From Schmidtea polychroa (Eukaryota), in NCBI GenBank assembly GCA_044892525.1, contig CM097885.1, forward strand, positions 19,284,001-19,348,000: DNA of 64,000 nucleotides. The letters run 5' to 3'. A program made the position numbers and the translations under genes. Numbering within the stretch: position 1 is the first letter of the stretch; every line of letters starts with the position of its first letter. Under the pieces are notes generated by a model, which did not search any database, was not told the DNA's origin, and saw only the letters and a program-made list of their open reading frames with translations. This document shows positions 27,087 to 37,869 of this stretch, in pieces.

Positions 27087-30000
27087 ATGATGTCTCATCC
27101 AGAATGCAACGTGAAATATGGTTATTGTAAAACCAGTTTGGCAGAATTAACGTATCAATCAATGAGAGATTTTTGTGATTTGGGATACCTGGAAAAGGTA
27201 GTATTTTCAAGGTTAGATGGAAAAGGTTTTACGTCTCAGGACTCACAACAAAGTGGTTGGGGAGACAAGATAGCTCACAAAACGAAAAAGGAAGTAGTAC
27301 CGGAGAAAAGCACAACAGTAGTATTAGTCTCCAAGGACCCCACAGATGTAATTCGTTTAGTCAGAAAGAAACAGACAGCAAAATGTGGTGTACCAATATT
27401 TGAAACAAATTACAAGGGAATATACTTAGCATACAAATATGTTCCAGCAGCAGAATCATTACATCTATCAGATATTAAAATAGCCAAGTATATCAATAAT
27501 AAGATTGATTTCTTGTATCATGATTTACAGAAACAATTATTAGATGTGTATCAGGAAGTGATCCTGAACGACTGTCGTTTAAATCGGGAAATAATACGGA
27601 ATAGATTAGCAATATCTATAGCTAATCCTGATTTAATAATGCCAATGTTGACAGAGGAAGGAACATTTGGTAGAATTTTGGGTGAAGCAATTTATAGCTA
27701 TCAGTGCAAAGCAATAGAGGTAGAAATCACCAAATATGATCGATGTACATTGGAGTTACCGGTGAAATATAAAGGAAAATTGAGATTCCTGATGCCAGTA
27801 TCACATCAGTTATTAAAGGAGGATACCTCACCATTAACAGCAATTTGCAATCCAGCAATGTCACCATTATACAAAATTAACAATATTTGGATTTCATTGC
27901 CAGACAGAAAGCCGCCTTCAAAACCAGTCGAAGTGCTCCAAGTGACAAAGTTAGAAACTAAAATGGAGTTTCAACCATTAAACGAGATGTCAAAAGCAGG
28001 AGTATATACTCCGGAAGATATTGAAGAAGCTCGGAGAGCAATTGTATTTCCCCAAATCAGAGATCGGGGAGTGACAGAAATAATAACAAGAATTTATCAA
28101 TCATATGATGGAAAACCGGACTATAACTTGTTATTTGGACCAGAACATTACAAACAAGCTGCATCAAATGTAATACGGAAAATCTGGGGTAGATTTACAA
28201 GCTTTGGCATTTTTGTAGCAGGGTGTTCAGGTATATATGCAATAGTGATGATATTGAAAATAATCATATCACAATTATTTTCCACCTATAGTATCTTCAA
28301 GATCGGGGGATGGTCTTGGAAGTTGCTACTAGGAATGTGTCCAGTTTGTGCAGATTTTGCAGTATTTCATCATCATAATAAAGAGATTAAGAGAATGAAG
28401 AGACAAACTATAAAGAAGCATGAGTTAATAATGTATGAACCTAGTCATCGAGACGATGACAATTCTGACGAGGGAGGTAACCTAGAGGGCTATGAGACCT
28501 CAGACAACATTTCAATAAAACCAGACAACAAAAAACCGAAATTTCAAAATTTTGAAAATAGTACTTTACAACAGTACCCCGTTAAAGCAAAAAGCAGGAA
28601 TCGGCAGGAGTGGCCTGTGAATTATTTGTCACCATACGAGGGTAGAAAAAAGATAATACCAGATCGAGTCGAAGAGGAAATGCTAAAGAGGCTCGAGTTT
28701 AGAACAAATACAGATATATTACCATCTACCTCATACCCAACGTATAAAATGAAGTTCGAGACAATGCCACCCTTGGGTACATCAGTATTGGAGATGGTAC
28801 CTAAATATCCATTTAGCACATTGGAACGGCTAAAGGAAGAGTATAAAGATGAAATAAAATCAGAAAATGACAAAGATAGTGATGATCAACAAAAGTTCAG
28901 AGATAATATTAGAGGAATTTCAACAATACTAATGGTCAATATGGGTAAAAAGACTCATAAACCTACGATCAAATTAAAAGTTAACAGGCATACGGTACAT
29001 GCCATTATTGATTCAGGATCAGATTTGACATTGATAGAAGCAAATTTATTAAACGAAAAAGAATTACAAGCAATAGTGCCGACATTAACTGTTGCATCGG
29101 GAGCAAATGGACAACCTATCAATGTTATCGGAACATTAGATTGCGAATTAAGGTTGTGTGATCAAACATTTAGACACGATATCAAGGTCACTAGACAATG
29201 TATGGCAGAATGTATCGTGGGAATGGATATATTGAAAAAGTTAAAAGATATCGTATTCGATTGTGCATCAGGTGAATTAGTGAAAATGACGGGTAGAAAA
29301 CGGAAAACCTACAGTGTGGATGTAGTGTTTTTGGATAGAACGGTGACAATACCACCGAGGACCGAAACAGTTTGTTTCGTAGCAACACACCAAGAGGTGG
29401 AAGGAGATGTTATTTTCGAACCGAGTGAGCAGTTTGTAAATAGGTATAAAACGCCTATGGTGCAAAACTTGGCAACAGTACGGGGAGGAAGTATCCCGAT
29501 TAGATTAACGAATCTAGCGAGCAAATCAATAAGATTATACCCAGAGACTAGAGTGGGTAAAGTGATACAACTTTTTAACATGCAGAAAGAGTCTGAATCG
29601 ATATTATCAGTAGAAGAGGATGAACGAGATCCTGATATTGAATATTACGACGCACCGAGCTGCGATAGCAAAGCTTTATCTAGAAAAGAAAATATCAGAG
29701 TCAATCAATTATTACGTAAATATGACCAAGTTTTCGCAAAGCACGAATATGACCTAGGGCAAGTTAATATTTTAGAACATGAAATTAAATTAACAGAAAA
29801 TAAACCGATAAAAATTCGCCCGTACAGAATACCTCAAAGTATACAAGGGTCCGTTGATAAACAAATTAAATTAATGCAAAAATATAATATAATGAGACCC
29901 AGTAAATCTCCATATTCCTCACCTTTGGTGGTTGTAGCTAAAAGAGACGGCTCAGTAAGATTATGCAATGATTATAGGAAATTAAATGAACAAACAGTTA

Positions 30001-32495
30001 GTTATAATCACCCGCTACCTTTGCTAGAGTACATTTATGATAAAATGAAAAATTCAAAGTTGTTTACTGTGAAGGATGCACAGAAAGGTTTTTATCAAAT
30101 AAAGATGAGCGAAGACTCAATTCCTATGACAGGATTTTCTACAAGTAGTAATCATTTCGAATACTTAGTAATGCCGTTTGGATTAAAAGGAGCCCCTCCA
30201 ACTTTTCAGAGGGCAATGAATATTATGTTGATGGATGCACATCACGCAATGGTTTATATAGACGATATTATCATCTTCTCGGAAGATTTAGATAAACATT
30301 TGGAACATCTAGAAGACATTTTCAAAAGATTGATTATGGCAAACCTGAAAGTAAAGCCAAGCAAATGCAAATGGGCAGAATCGGAAGTGATTTACGTGGG
30401 GCATGTAATATCACACGATTGCGTAAGACCAGATCCGGCTAACACGGATAAAGTAAAGAATTTCCCACAACCAGTGAATGTAAAACAAATCAAAGGATTT
30501 TTAGGGTTGACGGGATATTATCGGAAATTTATACGAAATTTTTCAGCAATAGCTTTTCCTCTAACTACCTTAGAAAAGAAAGGTATAAAATTTTTATGGG
30601 GAGAAGATCAGCAACAGGCATTTGACAAGTTAAAAGATGCACTATGCAAACCACCAATTCTACGATTTCCAGATTTTAAAAGACAATACATGGTGATGAC
30701 TGATGCATGCATGAGAGGCATAGGTGCAGTTTTGGGACAGAAAGACGAAATTGGGGATGAGTACACAGTAGCATATGCAAGTCGTGGATTGAAGCCACAC
30801 GAGAAAAGTTATGCAGTAATAGAATTGGAAGCATTAACGCTAGTGTTTGCAGTGGAAAAATTTAGTCATTACCTATGGGGCAGAAAGGTAATTTTCTATA
30901 CAGATCATAGACCATTGCAATGGCTGTTAAAACATAGAGACGAGGCATCAAAGTTAGTAAGATGGGCATTGAGATTACAGCCATATAATATCAAAATTGT
31001 ATATCGTAAAGGTAAAGCTAATGGTAATGCAGATGCATTATCACGAATGGAGCAAGAGCCTGAGTTAGAAGATATAAAGGAAGGAAGATTAGAAGGAACA
31101 ATCTTCATGCTAACAAGAGAAGCTAACACTTTGAGCGATTTAGTAGAAGCACAGAAAAATGATGACGAAATTAATATGATCAGACAAGCTATAGAAGCAA
31201 AGGCCATACCAAACGAATTTCAGAAATATTGGGAGAAACATAAAGATAAATTCATATTGGAAGAAGGTCTAATCAAATACGTTGAATCAAGGGATAATGT
31301 AATATTAGTGCCGAAGAAATACGGAGAATCACTATTATTACAATACCACGATGGAGCACTGGGAGGACATCTCTCAGCTAGACATACACTGTCAAGATTG
31401 AAAATGAAATACCTTTGGCCAGATATGAAAGACGATGTTAAAAAGTGGTGCCAATCGTGTAAAATATGTATAACCAGAATGAACACAGGCAGGAAACCAC
31501 ATGTTCCATTAAAACCAATGCCAGTACCGTCCTCGCCAATGGAGATGACTGCTATGGACGTACTAGGGCCGTTTAAAGAATCAAAGATGGGAAATAAATT
31601 CATCATAGTATTTTGCGACTACTTAACGAAGTGGCCCGAAGCATTCTTAATTCCGAATCATAAGGCAGACACAATTGCCAGAATCTTTGTAGAACAAATT
31701 GTATTCAGATATGGTGTTCCAACAAAATTACTTACCGACAGAGGAAAGGATTTCATGAGTAATCTGTTAAAGAGTATAAATGACTACTTCGGTATTTTAA
31801 AGTTAAATACCTCACCATACCACCCACAGACGGATGGATTGGTAGAAAGGTTCAATGGAACCTTGGCAAACATGTTATCATCATACGTAAACTCAGGTCA
31901 GACGGACTGGGATGTACACATACCATCTTGTTTGTTTGCGTATAGAAATGCTGTTCATTCAGTAACAGGAGAAACACCTTTCTATCTGATGTATTTGAGG
32001 CATAGCAAGATGCCAGCGGATCTTATATTTTACCCGAAAGCTTCACAGAATTGCGATGAGGGAAATTACTTATTCGAGATGAGAGAGAGAATGCAAGAAG
32101 CCTGGGAGAAAGCAGGTTTGAACATTCGTTATAACCAAGAATCAATGAAGGAATATCATGATCGCAAGGCAAAGGATCATGGATTTTTGGTAGGAGATTA
32201 TGTCATGTTAGAGGGACATTACAACAAAAAAGGCTTATCTCCAAAATTAATGAGAAATTACAAAGGGCCGTATCAAATTTTGAAAGTCACAGAAACCAAT
32301 TTAATCTTACAGTTAGCGGCAAACAGAAAAGCAGAACCGATAATGGTTCATGCAAACAGATGTAAAAAGATAGCCCCACCAGAAAAGGAGAAACCAAAAT
32401 CAGAAATTGATGAATTCGAAATAGATAAGAAATCGAAAAAGAAAACGTTAGAATCATATAAAAGTATCCTAAAGGGACAACCAGAACGATATTAG
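27087..32495 (+). CDS. pol: Polyprotein segment: glycoprotein C-terminal part and TM, aspartic protease, RT, RNase H, integrase
   Basis: Cys-rich ectodomain, TM ~28200-28370, IIDSGS (29010), YIDD (30255), TDACMRGIGAVL, HH-CC plus D,D35E and GPY/F integrase motifs. Uninterrupted. Confidence 0.95.
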   Translation: MMSHPECNVKYGYCKTSLAELTYQSMRDFCDLGYLEKVVFSRLDGKGFTSQDSQQSGWGDKIAHKTKKEVVPEKSTTVVLVSKDPTDVIRLVRKKQTAKCGVPIFETNYKGIYLAYKYVPAAESLHLSDIKIAKYINNKIDFLYHDLQKQLLDVYQEVILNDCRLNREIIRNRLAISIANPDLIMPMLTEEGTFGRILGEAIYSYQCKAIEVEITKYDRCTLELPVKYKGKLRFLMPVSHQLLKEDTSPLTAICNPAMSPLYKINNIWISLPDRKPPSKPVEVLQVTKLETKMEFQPLNEMSKAGVYTPEDIEEARRAIVFPQIRDRGVTEIITRIYQSYDGKPDYNLLFGPEHYKQAASNVIRKIWGRFTSFGIFVAGCSGIYAIVMILKIIISQLFSTYSIFKIGGWSWKLLLGMCPVCADFAVFHHHNKEIKRMKRQTIKKHELIMYEPSHRDDDNSDEGGNLEGYETSDNISIKPDNKKPKFQNFENSTLQQYPVKAKSRNRQEWPVNYLSPYEGRKKIIPDRVEEEMLKRLEFRTNTDILPSTSYPTYKMKFETMPPLGTSVLEMVPKYPFSTLERLKEEYKDEIKSENDKDSDDQQKFRDNIRGISTILMVNMGKKTHKPTIKLKVNRHTVHAIIDSGSDLTLIEANLLNEKELQAIVPTLTVASGANGQPINVIGTLDCELRLCDQTFRHDIKVTRQCMAECIVGMDILKKLKDIVFDCASGELVKMTGRKRKTYSVDVVFLDRTVTIPPRTETVCFVATHQEVEGDVIFEPSEQFVNRYKTPMVQNLATVRGGSIPIRLTNLASKSIRLYPETRVGKVIQLFNMQKESESILSVEEDERDPDIEYYDAPSCDSKALSRKENIRVNQLLRKYDQVFAKHEYDLGQVNILEHEIKLTENKPIKIRPYRIPQSIQGSVDKQIKLMQKYNIMRPSKSPYSSPLVVVAKRDGSVRLCNDYRKLNEQTVSYNHPLPLLEYIYDKMKNSKLFTVKDAQKGFYQIKMSEDSIPMTGFSTSSNHFEYLVMPFGLKGAPPTFQRAMNIMLMDAHHAMVYIDDIIIFSEDLDKHLEHLEDIFKRLIMANLKVKPSKCKWAESEVIYVGHVISHDCVRPDPANTDKVKNFPQPVNVKQIKGFLGLTGYYRKFIRNFSAIAFPLTTLEKKGIKFLWGEDQQQAFDKLKDALCKPPILRFPDFKRQYMVMTDACMRGIGAVLGQKDEIGDEYTVAYASRGLKPHEKSYAVIELEALTLVFAVEKFSHYLWGRKVIFYTDHRPLQWLLKHRDEASKLVRWALRLQPYNIKIVYRKGKANGNADALSRMEQEPELEDIKEGRLEGTIFMLTREANTLSDLVEAQKNDDEINMIRQAIEAKAIPNEFQKYWEKHKDKFILEEGLIKYVESRDNVILVPKKYGESLLLQYHDGALGGHLSARHTLSRLKMKYLWPDMKDDVKKWCQSCKICITRMNTGRKPHVPLKPMPVPSSPMEMTAMDVLGPFKESKMGNKFIIVFCDYLTKWPEAFLIPNHKADTIARIFVEQIVFRYGVPTKLLTDRGKDFMSNLLKSINDYFGILKLNTSPYHPQTDGLVERFNGTLANMLSSYVNSGQTDWDVHIPSCLFAYRNAVHSVTGETPFYLMYLRHSKMPADLIFYPKASQNCDEGNYLFEMRERMQEAWEKAGLNIRYNQESMKEYHDRKAKDHGFLVGDYVMLEGHYNKKGLSPKLMRNYKGPYQILKVTETNLILQLAANRKAEPIMVHANRCKKIAPPEKEKPKSEIDEFEIDKKSKKKTLESYKSILKGQPERY

Positions 32496-32769
32496 CCACC
32501 CTATGGATGTTTAGATTAAACATACGGGATATTCGTTATTGGGAAAATATTTACGAAACCGAGGTATAAGGGGAAAGTCTCACCATATACTAGGAAGTGT
32601 AAATATATATAGCTATTTATTTTATATGTTATTTATATTAGTATGTAGACTAATGTGGGCTCAAATGAGCATCGGTAAAATCAGACATCAGCGTATGTCG
32701 ACTTTGGTTACCCTGCGAGGGTCTATCACGAAAGTGATAAAAGCTGTTAATTATTTTATTTTTAGAAAA

Positions 32770-34767
32770 ATGAATTATAACAGAGAATCAAAGCCGCCAG
32801 TCAAAGCAAATCGACGACACCCATTGGCAACGTACAATTCCCAAACTCGAGTCGAAACTGAAGTGTATAGCACCTATAAAGAAGAGTATGTATATCGGTT
32901 CATCGGAACCACGGTAGCAGCAAAGATGAATCACCTCACCTCAAACTATTGGTATTATCCCAGGAGAGTGGATATTCCAAACGACTTCAAATTCCCAGGA
33001 GGGCCTCGAAGGCAAATGATGGTAACGGTTATAAATAACCAAGGTAGATTAAAATTGGCGGAACTATGTAGAGAGTATGGTTCATGTCCGAAAGTAGAAA
33101 ACATTTGGATCCATGCGATCAATAGGCCATTTACTGTGTTTATGGCGGGTTTAGAGCTACCTGTTGAATTAGAAAGACAGTGTACTCTGGAGATATACCA
33201 CGCTGATGGACGAGAACGGAATATTATGATCCAGGCAGCGGTGGTGGACACCATAATCGTAGTGGAAATCTTAGACTTCAGGAAACCATACTCTATAGTT
33301 AGCAAAAACGAGCCAACTTGGATTTATAATGTAAATGAAGCTGATATACAGCAATGTTAATCATTTGTGAGGAAGAAGTTAACCAAAGCCGAGGAGGACG
33401 AAGATACAATTTTCATATTGGCAGGTTTTGCCAAATCCCGAATCGAATTGAAGGAGACAATTATCCAAATCGCAATTATGGATATGAGAGGAAATAATTT
33501 ATTGAGTGCGGTAGTGACTCCCAGAAACCCTGTGAAACACTACCAAACGCACCAATACAAGTTAAAGGAACCTGATATCAGAGGAAACCTAGACAAAGAC
33601 GATTGTTATCATCTGATAAGAAAGATCTGTGATAAGAAAATACTTGTAGGTATTTTAGTTAAAGATCTGATCTCGGTAGCCAATCTACCAGTGCAGCGAA
33701 TATTGGGTATTCGTGATCTTTCTGCAAATAAACTATTGGAAACCAGAGGGGTCCCAAAGATTCATGGTCATTACAGATTGGGATTCTTGACAAAGACTTT
33801 CCTACGTACGGTTCCCTGAGAATCAAGGAATTTAGTGGTCACCAATGAGGCACTGGCAATACGTGCTGTTTATTTACATATCAGAAACGAATGGTTAGAC
33901 CATATCACGATACCCCAGGAGGAATTCATTTCTGCAACTACAGCAGCAATAGTTGAGCAGGAAATGACGCAAAAGAGGAGATTACCCGAGCAACCATCTA
34001 CATCAGAACAACCCCAGCCTAAGAGAAAATCACCTGTGGATCTACCACCGCCTCCAGCTATATCTATTGGAGAAGAAGATGAATATGAAACATGTGCTAG
34101 TGAAATGGAGACAGCGAAATCACCTAAACAATAATCGGGAGCTGCCTATCAGCCAAAGGATAAATCGGATAGTGCGGTCAGAAAAGAAAATCCAGAAGGA
34201 GGCAAGGTGAAAAAGATGTTAAAGAAAATGTTACCCATATAAAGAGACAAGTCGAAGTTAAAGTTGAAGAAAGTTGTTAAACCGTCGGAAGGAACGACAA
34301 AAGAGACACCCAGCAGTTTGGAAGATAAGAATAATAAACCTCAAAAGATATTCAGCGAACCAGATGATGACATTATGGAAGTTGCCTTTCAACCTCCAGT
34401 TAAGGAGATGCAGGAAGCAATAAAGGTTAAATCTGAACCTGTGGTTAGACAGAAAATGTTCAAGATTGCCAAGGAGAATATCATCAAGAAACCAGTTTCG
34501 GTTGATGTGGACGGTTTCGAACCAATGTGGTACAAACGTCTGGATAGTAAATGGAAACCCAGAGCGAAGGAGTATGACTGACAACCAGTCACGAGAATGG
34601 CAGTCAATAATAATCAAAAATATGATGTGTATGACGTAGACGGGATCCCTTACGTAGTATCTACAGTCATACTAACTAGTGCTCTGGATGGTAAACCCCT
34701 GGCAGTGAGTTTTGAGCCAGAAGTCTTACAGAAGAGAAAAAAGAAGTTGTTGCAGCAATACGTCTGA
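32770..34767 (+). pseudogene. Accessory ORF2 (~665 codons, 5 in-frame stops) containing a degenerate REX4/ISG20-like exonuclease fold
   Basis: ORFs 32539, 33367, 33835 and 34264 are all in frame 1. Region ~33400-33900 reads IAIMDMRGNNLLSAVVTPRNPVKHYQT...KKILVG...IRDLS...EALAIRAVY. A splice-acceptor-like ttttag precedes ATG 32770. Confidence 0.6.
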
Positions 34768-34989
34768 GAGCGTTGCCACCCAACACGTGTCGTCAAATTC
34801 AAATGTGTACAAAATGACTTAACTATTATGATTTGTGTTATTGTGTTTTGACATTCATTATTTGTGATCTGAAAGATTTATTTCTGTGTTTTGTCTTATT
34901 TGATAATTTTTATGTTTTATTGTAATACTGTTTACCAATTGCCTTTCTTTGGTCTTGGTTTTGTCTTGTTTTCGAGACGAAAATCTTTT

Positions 34990-35001
34990 AGGGGTAAGAC
35001 T
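34990..35001 (+). promoter_or_regulatory. Polypurine tract
   Basis: AGGGGTAAGACT lies immediately before the 3' LTR. Confidence 0.65.
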
Positions 35002-36100
35002 TGTTAGGGATAGGCCTGGAGCCTTGTTGATTAAATAAATAAAAATTACTAAAATTAGAAATAGTATAAATAAAAATTACTGAAAATAAAAGATAGGTTT
35101 TATTAATTACTATTAATAGAATTAAGTAATATATAGGAATATTTGATAATACTATTACTATATATAGTAATTATAAAATTGCTATTAAGATAATAAATAA
35201 TTAAAATGTAATATAAATACTGGTTCAAAACGAGAACCAAGGAACGATAAACATTGAGAAGAATTTGGACGATAAAATTGACGATAACTTGCGGACAAGA
35301 AAACTGGCAAGAAAGTGGGAAAACAATTGAAACAATAATTTAGAAAATTATTATTATTTTTAAAGAAAACGTGATTAAAGAATTACTGTTGTTGATCAAA
35401 ATTAAGTTAAGAAGTTCAACAGTTGTCTACAATAAAGCAAACGTGATTAAAGAATCACTGTGATCATCAAACAACCAGACAAAAATCCAACTCAAATTCC
35501 AGATCAATTTCAAACTTGAAAAGTGACTATAAATTGTCAAACCGAACAAACAAGAAGGAGAGCGAGAATAATTCTGGAGAAAAATTTGAACAGGTTCGTG
35601 AAACGAAAAACAGAAAAGGAGCCATTAATCTAGAAGGTAAAAGAAGTTCAGTATTTGAGTTGTGTAAGGATAAATTATTATCCTTGTGAAGTGAGATAGT
35701 TAAAATAAAGCGAACACAAAGCACAGACAGCGGCTTTCGTGTTACCTGGTAGCCCCAAAATCAGCCCTCTTGCTTTACCATCATCTTTTCAATTTATTTA
35801 GCGATCGTTGTACTACAAAGGAGCCATCGATTTCTTGCAGGCTGTGGTAAACAGTAAGGATTAATAAATCCGTTTTCTTGTACTCTTTGTACATATATTA
35901 TAAAGTTCATTTGTAAATTATAACATACATTTTTATAAAAAGAGAAAGGAGTTTTTGTTTTTAATTCAGTGATTTGAACATTTAGACGCGCAACCACATT
36001 TGAATATAACTTATTTATATTTATTTTTGTTTATTTATCTTAATTAATTTATTGGAGTCATTTGTGTTAAGATCTGTAGTCCCCGTTTTTCGATCTTAAC

Positions 36101-36101
<1 letters not shown>
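35002..36101 (+). repeat. 3' LTR
   Basis: 1100 bp, TGTTA...TAACA. Confidence 0.97.
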
Positions 36102-36181
<80 letters not shown>

Positions 36182-36249
36182 TATAATAATAATAATAATA
36201 AATAATAATTGTATCATAACTATTGTAGCATAAACTATCCAGTTTTTAT

Positions 36250-36629
36250 TTTAATTAATCATTTGTTCATAAGTCAAATCTCCAATCAAAAATTTTTTTT
36301 CCAAATCTAAAATCTTGATGGACGAGCCAATTGCAGCACATAACCAATATCTGTTTGGTGATAAGATAAGTTCATTGATAATATCACCTCTTTCTAAAGT
36401 GTATAAATGTCTTCCTTCAAATAAATCCAATAAAATTAAATATATCTAACATTAATGCCATAACATCCCTTGACATAACAACATCACTTTCATATCCATC
36501 CCAAATAATCAAAGATTTTTCCCTTAATGCAGAAATAAGAGTGTTTGGATAAATTGGGTTAGTTGCAATCTGTGTAATAGGTCCATCATGACCAGTAAGT
36601 GATCCCCTCAAAGTCAATTGTTCCATCAT
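36250..36629 (-). pseudogene. RACK1: Internally deleted RACK1 (GNB2L1) fragment
   Basis: MEQLTLRGSLTGHDGPITQIATNP (WD1), then SDVVMS (WD2 piece). In another frame [42 protein letters not shown] (WD6). Confidence 0.88.
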
Positions 36630-37069
36630 TCTTTTTAATTTTTAAATTCAAAATAATTCCAAACGAATCTTCTTTTTAAACAAATCTGAAACTCCAGAGT
36701 TCAACTATTTCAACGAAATAATTATATTTTACATTATAAAATAAAAAACATACCAATTCCTCTCTTTTGTGTGCGCACACCAACACGAAAACAATTTTTA
36801 CTAATAACGAGCACAAGGAGGCGATGCCGAAATCGGCACCGCCAGTAAGAGGGAGAAGTCATTCCCCCTCTGACTGGTCGAAAAAATAATAATAATACAA
36901 TAAAGTTATAATTTTGCTGCGAATTTATAAATTTTCCAATAACTATTTATATACGCGATTTAAATATTTTAATAAATGTGTCAATTTTGATTTTTATTCC
37001 TATCTTTCGAAGACATTTCCTAAAATTTCTATATTATTTTAATTATTATTTTTTATAATCTTTTTATTA

Positions 37070-37790
37070 TCAGTTCAAATTGATGATTTCATTGATTTCT
37101 TCTCTAGGGTTGATTGTTGGCCGTTTGTTTATAATGAGAATTTCTTTTTTGAATGTGACATTTCTTTGGATATTTCCATTGGATATTACGTGATGCAATA
37201 AACATTGGTTTTCTAAAGCACATATCAGTGCTTGGCAGTCTTCCATTATGCAATTGTTTTCTTTATTTGTGTTGTTTCTCAATGTCCAAGATTTATGTGC
37301 TATCCGAATTGGAAGACCGTTACATTTAAGTTCTTTCAGGATCTTGAAGTTGAGTATGTCACTGATGAATGGGATATATATATTTAAAATATTTCTTCTT
37401 CTTTTGTGTCAATTCACTAGATCTTTTTAGGGTAGAATTCATTCTTTCAATGTCCTCCCCTTGATATCCGTTTATTGTGTAGGATTTTATTGAAATTCGA
37501 TTGCTGTTTAAAGTTCTCCTTTTCTTCAGTGTATCGATTGACTATCGATTGTTTTTCGTTTTTATGGCGTGTACGTTCTGTAAGTATGGAAGTGCTGAAA
37601 CGACATCAAGACTGAAGGGATATTTGAATTCTCTATGAGAAGTTATGTTATCATTTAATCTCGCCATGAGGCAGTCGCTGCTTTGAAGATGGTGTGTTAT
37701 CATGTTCAATAATGGTTTTAATATCTTTGAAAGGAGTTAACTTGTTTAAGTTGTTGGTCCATTTTTGTTGGATACTATAGGTCTAATTTT
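37070..37790 (-). pseudogene. Degenerate Penelope-like fragment
   Basis: FKKEILIINKRPTINPREE resembles the end of a GIY-YIG endonuclease. Upstream sequence is decayed. Confidence 0.45.
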
Positions 37791-37869
37791 GATAGCATGA
37801 CCTATCAAATTAAATTATTATTAATTATTATTAATTATATATATTCTTAATTATTTAATTATTATTAAA

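Larger units (their letters stand above)
21776..36101 (+). mobile_element. Full-length Ty3/gypsy LTR retrotransposon carrying an envelope gene (14.3 kb)
   Basis: Two ~1.1 kb LTRs (TGTTA...TAACA), PBS, PPT and PR-RT-RH-IN order. Probable 4 bp TSD ATAA within (AAT)n. Confidence 0.97.

Noticed and set aside
24058..31606. Antisense ORFs over the polyprotein (also over integrase and pPolB genes)
   Set aside because: Shadow ORFs of long coding frames with no independent evidence.
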